This document shows, piece after piece, positions 56,901 to 64,000 of a stretch of DNA of 64,000 nt. The position numbers and the translations under genes were made by a program. The notes under the pieces were generated by a model. That model did no database searches and was not told where the DNA came from. It saw nothing but the letters and a program-made list of their open reading frames with translations. Position 1 is the stretch's first letter; each line of letters begins with the position of its first letter. This stretch comes from Cyanophora paradoxa CCMP329 (taxonomy: Eukaryota; Plantae; Glaucophyta), in NCBI GenBank assembly GCA_004431415.1, contig QPMI01000600.1, positions 1-64,000 on the forward strand, in the 5' to 3' direction.

Positions 56901-59635
56901 TTGAAGAGGAGGCGAGGGCAGAGGCTGCCCGGCGCGCGGAGGAGCGGGAGGAGGAGCGGAGGGCGGCGGAGGCCGCGGGCGTGTCGAAGGTGGAGCTGAA
57001 GAGGCGGGAGGCGGCGAGAGCAAAGGCCGAGGCGGCCGAGGCGGCCGAGGCGGCGAAGCCGCGCCTGGCGACGCTCGTGTACGTCCTCCGGCGCTGCTGC
57101 CTCGAGGGCGAGACGAGGGACCGGATCTGGCGGGAGATCGTGGCGGCCGCCATCGTCTACAACGCCTGCATCGGCCTCATCAAGCTCCACCGCTGGGTGC
57201 GTGCCGGCCCCTGCCCGAGGGGGCGCGTTGCTGACGCCCGGCGCGCGCGCTTCGCCTCCCCTGTCCCCCAGATCGTCAACGACCTGAGCCAGAATGCAGC
57301 GCGCAACCTGCTGCATCGTGCCTTCGCCAACGTGCACACCTACACCGGCGACCGCGCGGCTCCTCGGCGCGCTGCCTCGGACGGGGCGTCCGAGGCGTGG
57401 GCGGGGCTGTCCGAGGAGGTGACGGAGGAGGGCCGCTACGACCTCGTCATCGCGGGGCGGGGGGCGATGCTCGCCGAGCTGGGCCCCGAGGAGAGGCGCT
57501 GCTTCCACGGGGCGCTCATGCACACGCGGGAGGCGGCGGCGGACGACGCGCTGAGGGCGGCGAGGGACCAGATCGCGCGGGGCAAGCCGCTCAAGAACCT
57601 CAAGTGCGTGTCGTTGGAGGGGTGGGGGGTGGGGGTGGGGGGGGGGCCTCCTCGCTCGCCCCGAAACCGATCTCGCCTTCCCCTCTCGTGCAGGGATCGC
57701 AGCCTGCGGCGGCGGCAGTGCTCCGTCGTCGTCAAGTCCGCTGACTACAAGAAGGGTCTCGGGGCCCACTGGGGCTTCCTCAAGATGCTCCCCACGCACG
57801 ACGGGCCCCTGCCGTCCACGATCGAGCACGACGCGCGGCTCGTCCTGAAGCCCAGCGGGAGCGTGTGGTGCGTGTCAACTTCCCACTCCTTCCCAGCCCC
57901 TCCTTTCGCTTCGCTCTCGTTGAGCGTGGGGTGCGTCGCAGGTTCTGCATCCCCGTCGAAATGGAGAAGGCGCGCGCGGCCCGCACGACGAGGGTCATGG
58001 CGCGGACCTTGCCGGCGGAGGGCGCCTGCGCGGCGAAGACGACGGAGGCCCGCACCGTGCCGGCGACCTCTCGCCGGCGGAGCCCCAGGGACCCGGCGGG
58101 CGACGGGGGCGACCGCGAGTCCGAGCTGGCCCGCGAGGCCTGGCTGGAGCTCCGCGGCAAGTCCCTCGTCGCCGTCGACCCGGGCTCCCGCAAGCTCATC
58201 TCCTGCTTCTGCCCGGACGGGCGGGCCTTCGAGGTGCGGTGGTCTCGCCTCCCCCTTCTCCCCCTTTCCGTGCCCGCTGATGCCCCTCCCCGCGCAGTTC
58301 GGTGCTGGTCTCTCTCACGCACGGGAGCCCGCACTGAGGCGGGCGGCGGCGCTCATGGCCAAGTCGGAGCTGAAGCCGGGCCCCGCTGCGTGCGCCCCCC
58401 CCCCCCCCCCCCCCCCCCCCTCCCTCCTTCCTCCCTCCCTCCCTCCCTCCCTCTCTCTCCCTCAATCGGTTTGCCAGGGGCGGGTCGGGCGGGTCGGCCC
58501 CGCTCAGCGCTCGCACGCGCCGCCGGCTGCGGAAGAAGGCGCTCCGGTTGATCGAGCACGAGCGCAACGTGGGGCTGGACGCCCTGCGCGTCATCGCGCG
58601 GTGCGCCCCCCTGGGTGCTGCAGCCTCTGCGCGCGTGGCCTCTGCGGTTGACACCCCCCCAGGTTCCTCGTGGAGAACTTCGACTACATCATCATCCCGG
58701 AGTTCCGCACGAGCGAGATGGTGCGCTAGTGCGATCGACGTCGGCCCTCCCCCCCTCCTCCGTTCTTCCGCTTAACGTAGGCAACGGGGCGGCAGGTGCG
58801 GCGCAAGGGGCGGATTCTCGGGCCCGCCGCTGCGCGCCAGCTGCTCTACTGCCGCCACTATGAGTGAGGGCGACTGATTCTGGTTCTGGTTCCGGGGTGG
58901 GGCTCACTGCTCGCCCGTCGCCCCTCCCCCCGCCCACAGGTTCCGCTGCATCCTGCAGCAGGCCGCCCTGCACCGCCCGGAGTGCACGGTGCTCCTCGTC
59001 TCCGAGCACTACACCTCCAAGACCTGCGGGGCGTGCGGGTGTCTCCACACGGAGCTCGGCGCGGACGAGACGTTCCGCTGCCCGAGCTGCCCGGCGGAGA
59101 TGGACCGGGACCTCCAGGCCGCCAGGTGAGTGAATTGACTAGTCGTAGTCAATTCACCTCTATATCGTAATCGCAACCTCCGCTAGAATCGTAATCGCAA
59201 CCTCCGCTAGAATCGTAATCGCAACCTCCGCTAGAATCGTAATCGCACACCTCTATAGCTTAACGTCCTTAAATCGTAATCGCACACCTCTATAGCTTAA
59301 CGTCCTTAAATCGTAATCGCAACCTCGGCCCCTTCAATCGTAATCGCAACCTCCGCTATAGCTGAACTAGTAGAATCGTAATCGCGGGCGTAAATCTATG
59401 ACCGCCGTTAGTAAACATTAAGTTTATATCCTAATCTTAACCTGTTGAAATCTAATCGCGATCGATGTCTCGTAATCGCAACCTGACCGTCTGTAATCGC
59501 ATGCGCAGGAACATCCTCCTGCGGTTCCTCTCGGGCGTGGACGCGGGGCTCCGCCTCAAGCCCCTTCTGCTGGCCGGCTCCGGCCCGCGGCGGGCCAGCC
59601 CCGCCCCCCAAGCTGCGGCGCAGGCCGCGTCGTAG
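56901..59635 (+). CDS. Intron-containing Fanzor2/TnpB-like RNA-guided endonuclease
   Basis: Spliced exons give AIVYNACI (HTH/REC), HDARL..WFCIP (WED), AVDPGSRK (RuvC-I), FDYIIIPEF, RHYEFR, VSEHYTSKTCGACG..FRCPSC (RuvC-II, Zn ribbon) and DRDLQAARNILL (RuvC-III). Confidence 0.9.
59164..59500 (+). repeat. ATCGTAATCGC repeat array inside the last Fanzor intron (59126-59508)
   Basis: Eight exact 11-mers plus partial copies, with 24-38 bp periodicity among the exact copies. Preceded by a perfect 12-bp hairpin at 59130-59157. Confidence 0.9.
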
Positions 59636-59760
59636 TTTAGGCAGGATAGGGGGACCGCGTACCCCCCTACAGCGGGCCCTGCCTGCGTTGCCCGCAGGCT
59701 TGTCGCCCCCGTAGGTAGCACAGACCCAGCTCAAGCTCCTGCGATGTCCGCAGCTAGCAT
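59636..59760 (+). ncRNA. Candidate Fanzor omegaRNA scaffold (3-prime boundary uncertain)
   Basis: Nested stems AGGCAGG/CCTGCCT around TAGGGGG/CCCCCTA, plus GCCTGCG/CGCAGGC, directly after the Fanzor stop, where omegaRNAs are normally encoded. Confidence 0.5.
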
Positions 59761-60145
59761 GCCTGTGTTATCAATGCGCTAAGAAGTACGGAGCTAGACC
59801 GTGTGGCGGCAGTGCTGGCAGTGGCAATCCACACAGCAGCACGATGACAAATGAAGCTGGCCTGCGCGCGACAGGCCGCTCCCCGTGCCTCTTCCGCGTT
59901 GGGAGCTCGACTTGCACGCGGTGCTCCAAGCGTGGTGAACTTTCGCGCTGGGCTCCTTGTGGCGCACGCTTTCTGCTTCGATGACTTGCTGCTCTGATGA
60001 CTTTTTTTCTACGAAGCGTGTACCCGTGCTGGCGTAGGCCAACGCAACGTAGCTTCAAGCTCGGCCGAGCATTCCGCAGTGCTCGTTCGACGCCGGCTTT
60101 GTAGGCGCTTCAGCAGGCTGCGCACGGCAGCTCGCGGCGGCGCAC

Positions 60146-62062
60146 GTGGCGCTTGAGTTCCCGAGCATAGCTGAGCGCCTGAACACGACGCCGGCAGCCG
60201 AAGGCGCGCTCGTCGTAGCCGAGCTCAACGAGTCGAGCGCCGCAGCCGACCAGCATGAGCTGCTGGATCCCGAGCAGCAGAACCAAGGCGGAGGAGGTCG
60301 AGCGAAAGATTCTGCAGCGGGCCCTCGATCAGCCGTTTGAGATCGGGGCCTGCGCATCGGGCTCTCATATAAAACATCTCGTCGCTGGCCGGCCCGGGGC
60401 GCCCACGCTCGTCCTCCTCGTGCGACCGCTCCCGCATTTGCTTGTCAGGCCGACCGCGCCTCGTGCCCACGCCCGCGCGCTTGTGCAGCACGGCTTCGGG
60501 AGCGGAAAGGCGACGTTCTACAAGAATCTCCCCGCACTCGCCAACAAGTTCTGCGTGTATTCCGTGGACTGGTGCGCACGCGGCCGCGCTCCGAGGCTCC
60601 TGCTCGCGCCGCGCGGGGCCTTGGAGCGGACCGGCGCGCAGGCTGAACAACATCGACGGGGACGCCGCGAAGCGCTTCAAGTCGACGGAGAGCGCGGAGG
60701 ACTTTTTCATCGAAGCGCTTGAGGCGCGGCCCGGCGCGCCGGGCGGCGGCCGCTCCCTCCGGCTAACCCGCCCACGATCAGGTTTGGCGCAAGAATATGA
60801 AGCTGGAAAGGTTCATCCTACTGGGTCACTCGCTCGGGGGGTACATCGCGTCCCTGTACACGATCCGGTACCCGGCGGCGGTCGAGCGCCTCATTCTCGC
60901 CTCGCCGGCCGGCGTCGCCCCCAAGTACCCCTCCCAGTCTCTCTCTGCTGCTTGCCTCCCTTCGTCCTGACGTTCCTTCGGCCAGACCCCCGGAGGCGGA
61001 CCCGAAGAACGTACCCCTCATCTGGCGTATCGTCCGCTCGGCCTGGGACAAGGGTACCCTGCGTCTAGCCACGGCCCTTTCGTGTCCTTGATCGACCTTC
61101 CCAGGGTACACCCCGCAAGGGATCATTCGGGCGGTCGGCCCGCTGGTCCGCCCCGCCGCCCCGCCCCTCTTTCCAGTCCCCACCCCGACTCCCGCGGCTC
61201 TGCAGGGACCCAAGCTGGTGCCCAGGGCGGCACGCTGGGGTACACGAGGGCGGCACGTGCCTGAGAGGGGATGCGCAGGTCAACATGTTCATCCAACGGC
61301 GCTTCCCCGAGCTTCCTGAGGAGGAGAAGGACGACCTCCGCGAGTACGGTGCGCAGTACCCCCCGGCCCTCCCTTCCACCCCCTTCCCACCGTCCCGCCC
61401 TGCCATTCCGACCGCGTACCCCCCTTTGCGCAGTCTACCACCAGATGGCCCAGCCCGGGGACCACACCTACCTCGCCGCGTTCCTCGCGCCGGTGCCCCC
61501 CTCCCTCCAGGGCTGCGCCCGCCGGGGCGCGAGGGGCGGCGCAGGGCGCGTGGGGCCGCAACCCGCTGGAGCACCGCCTGAGGGAGCTCACCGTCCCCAC
61601 CGTCTTCATCTACGGGGAGGTGCGGTACCCCCGCCACGCCCGTTCCCGTACCCCCTCACAAGCGCGCCAGAGCGACTGGATGGACTGGCGCGCCGGCGAG
61701 CGCGCGCGGCAGACGGTGCGGCTCTGAGCTTCCCCTTACGCTTCTCCACGGCTGCCCCGCCCGCCCGCCGAGGCGCCCTTTCGGGCCAGCAGATGACCGT
61801 GCCGACGGCCCTTCACAAGCTCCAGGACGCAGGCCACCAGCTCTACATCGAGGTCCGTCCCTTCATTCTTTCGCGTGGGGCCTTTTGTTGGCGCGCAGCT
61901 GAGCGCGGGCCCGGGCCGTCCGCAGAACCCGGAGGGCTTCACGCAGCTCCTCCTGCAGATCCTGGGGGAGCCCCTCGCGAGGGCCGGCTCGGCGTCGACG
62001 AGGCCCGCGGGCCGGCCCGCCCCCACCGCCGGCGCCGCCATCCCCTCCTGAACCCCGCGTGA
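60146..62062 (+). CDS. Host alpha/beta hydrolase, ABHD4/ABHD5 (CGI-58/Cld1)-like, multi-exon (start uncertain)
   Basis: HGFGSG, YSVDW, LLGHSLGGYI..LILASPAG, IYGE.DWMD and AGHQLYIENP motifs. Confidence 0.85.
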
Positions 62063-62369
62063 CCGCGTCTCGAGCTCGAGCTCGCCAGCACCGCAGTGTT
62101 AGGAAGCTAGGCCATGCAGGTCGTGCCCCAACCCCAGGCCAGATAGGTCTGAACCGCGAACCATGCCGAATGTGCGTTGGAGCACGTTCCTGGTTTATTC
62201 TCTAGATCATCAAAGCAAGCGAGCGCGAAAAGGTTTGGATACGTATACAGAAAAAGAGCCGGGCGTCTCGCCGGCGCGGCCCTGCGCCTGCACACCGCCT
62301 GTTGGGACGGCGTCTGGCGGCTAGTACTCCGGGCTCTGCGGTTTCTGCGGTGAGGGGCGCCCGGCGAGG

Positions 62370-63700
62370 GCGGGGCGCATCGCTGACCAAGCACTGGCAC
62401 ATCTTGAAGAAGAAGCCCTTCATGCCGGCCGGCTCGTCGCCCTTGTGGTACGCTGCCGCCGCGCTCAGACTGGGCCTGGCGCGGGGGCGAGCGGGCGGGC
62501 GGACCCTCGGGCTGGTACGTGTATCCGCCGTCGCGCTGCGAGTAGCTCGTGTTCGAGGGGCCGCCCAGCTGTTTCCGGGTCCTGTGGCCCTTGTACATCG
62601 CCTGGATCTGCAGCGCAAGGCGACGCTGAGACGACGCGCAGGGACCAGTCAAGGGGGAGCGCCGGACCTTCGCGGCGGCCTCGTCCTCCGTGAACCGCGA
62701 CTGGTACCCCGACTGCTGGGCGTAGCGGGGCATCGGCGGCGGCGGCGGGGGAGGCGGCGGCGGAATGTAGCCGTTCGGGGGCCGCTGGACGTTCTGGCGA
62801 GTCCTGTGGCCGCGGTACATCTGCGCCGGTCCCATCAAAAAGGAAGGAATCAGGAGCACAAAAACAAAAAGGACGAGCATACCGCCTGGATCTTCGCCGC
62901 TGCTTGATCCTCGGTGTAGCCTGTAGAAGGCGTGAAAAGAGGAGAGCGTGCGGGGAAGGGAAGCGGGCGGACGGTAGGCCTGGTTCTGGGGCGGGGGAGG
63001 CGGGTAGGACTGCGCGGGGAAGCCGGAGCGCATGGAGTTGCTCTCCGGCACGGGCATCGGGGTCAAGGGCGCCTGCTGGACTGGGTCGCCTTGGAAGTTC
63101 AGAACGATGTGAAGCCGCGGCTGCACTCCCGTCTGGCTATCGCCAAGATTGTACTGCGCAGCGTGAAGCGGGGGCGGGAAGCAATGTCAGCGAGAGAACA
63201 CCGAGTTGCATCAAGATCAAATGTCAGCCGCACCCAGTTCTCCGTCCGCCCCTTGCCAGCCTGGCGGAGCTTCTGCTCGCGTGGAAAAGAGGAAGCTTAG
63301 AGCACGTGAAAACCTCGACAAACGGCTAGCGGTCACCTCGAAGTTGAGAATGAGCTTCCCACGAAGGATGTCGCCCTTGCCGGCCTTGCGCTCGAACACC
63401 TCGAACAGGACCCGATCATTCGAGTTGTCATCCACCCGGAAATCAAACTTCTGGTTCCAGGTCTGCACGCGATGCCCACTCAGCGACGCCGCGGCAATGC
63501 GAAAGGAAACGACCAACTGCGCACCGGCTTCTGCCCAATTCCCAACGTCGATTCCCTCTTCATGCCGCCTGCATCCCCACGGTCAACGCCACGGTGCAAC
63601 GCAGAGGATGCGTGAGGCGCACCCGTGCCGACGGTCAGGTTGACGATGAACTGGCGCTTTGGCTTGAACATTCCCTTCTTCTTGAATCCATCTCCATCCA
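62370..63700 (-). CDS. Host C2-domain protein with IQ calmodulin-binding motifs, multi-exon (boundaries approximate)
   Basis: TWNQKFDFRV...VLFEVFE...DILRG (C2). Two IQAMY(K/R)GHRTR motifs. Confidence 0.75.
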
Positions 63701-64000
63701 GGAGCTGCCGACGACGTGCAGAGCGTGAGGACGGCGAAAGGGGGTCCGACCAACGGTCTCATTCCATGCGATGCTGGGCACGCACGTCTACTGTCAAGAC
63801 GCCGTTCCTAGAGAACTGCGCCATCGCGCTTGCTGTCTCTTGCTCTCGCTGCTGGTGGTTGCGAGACGTGGAATTCGCTGCAGTACGTTGCTAGGGGGTA
63901 CAGGCGCGAATGAGTGCGCAGGTCAAGGCTAGGCCTAGGGCCGGTTCGTCGAGAGACTAGGTCTACGTATACGCCCTCTACGGCGGCATGAAATCGCATG

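Noticed and set aside
59164-59400. CRISPR-like repeat-spacer array next to a Cas12-related nuclease
   Set aside because: The repeats are only 11-17 bp, and the spacers are short, mutually related and duplicated in tandem. This fits a subterminal repeat or minisatellite, not acquired spacers.
59738-59757. Hairpin plus CTAG resembling a Helitron 3-prime end
   Set aside because: The stem is only 5 bp, directly abuts CTAG and is not followed by T; no matching 5-prime TC end or Rep/helicase was identified.

Overview
A very GC-rich, intron-dense eukaryotic (probably protist) genomic window with two standout elements. (1) An AT-rich, apparently complete endogenous Polinton/Polinton-like virus spans 6237-34140 (about 27.9 kb). 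It has 828-bp terminal inverted repeats ending in 73-nt hairpins and a 6-bp target-site duplication (GACAGC). It encodes a major capsid protein, two penton-like proteins, an A32-like packaging ATPase, pPolB, a primase-SF3 helicase, an rve integrase, nucleases, a patatin-discoidin protein, a family of fibre-like proteins and an S-adenosylmethionine decarboxylase. A tRNA-derived SINE sits in its left TIR, and the virus split a member of a tandem host gene family. (2) At about 54180-59635 a multi-exon gene encodes a Fanzor2/TnpB-like RuvC nuclease with its three catalytic acidic residues present. It is apparently fused to an N-terminal PHD finger and two AP2 domains. Its last intron holds an ATCGTAATCGC repeat array that is mirrored, inverted, upstream of the gene, and a structured omegaRNA candidate follows the stop. 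The rest is host genes (zinc-finger repeat protein, PGY-rich membrane protein, ABHD4/5-like hydrolase, C2-IQ protein) and a minisatellite. All calls come from manual motif reading; no database searches were run.
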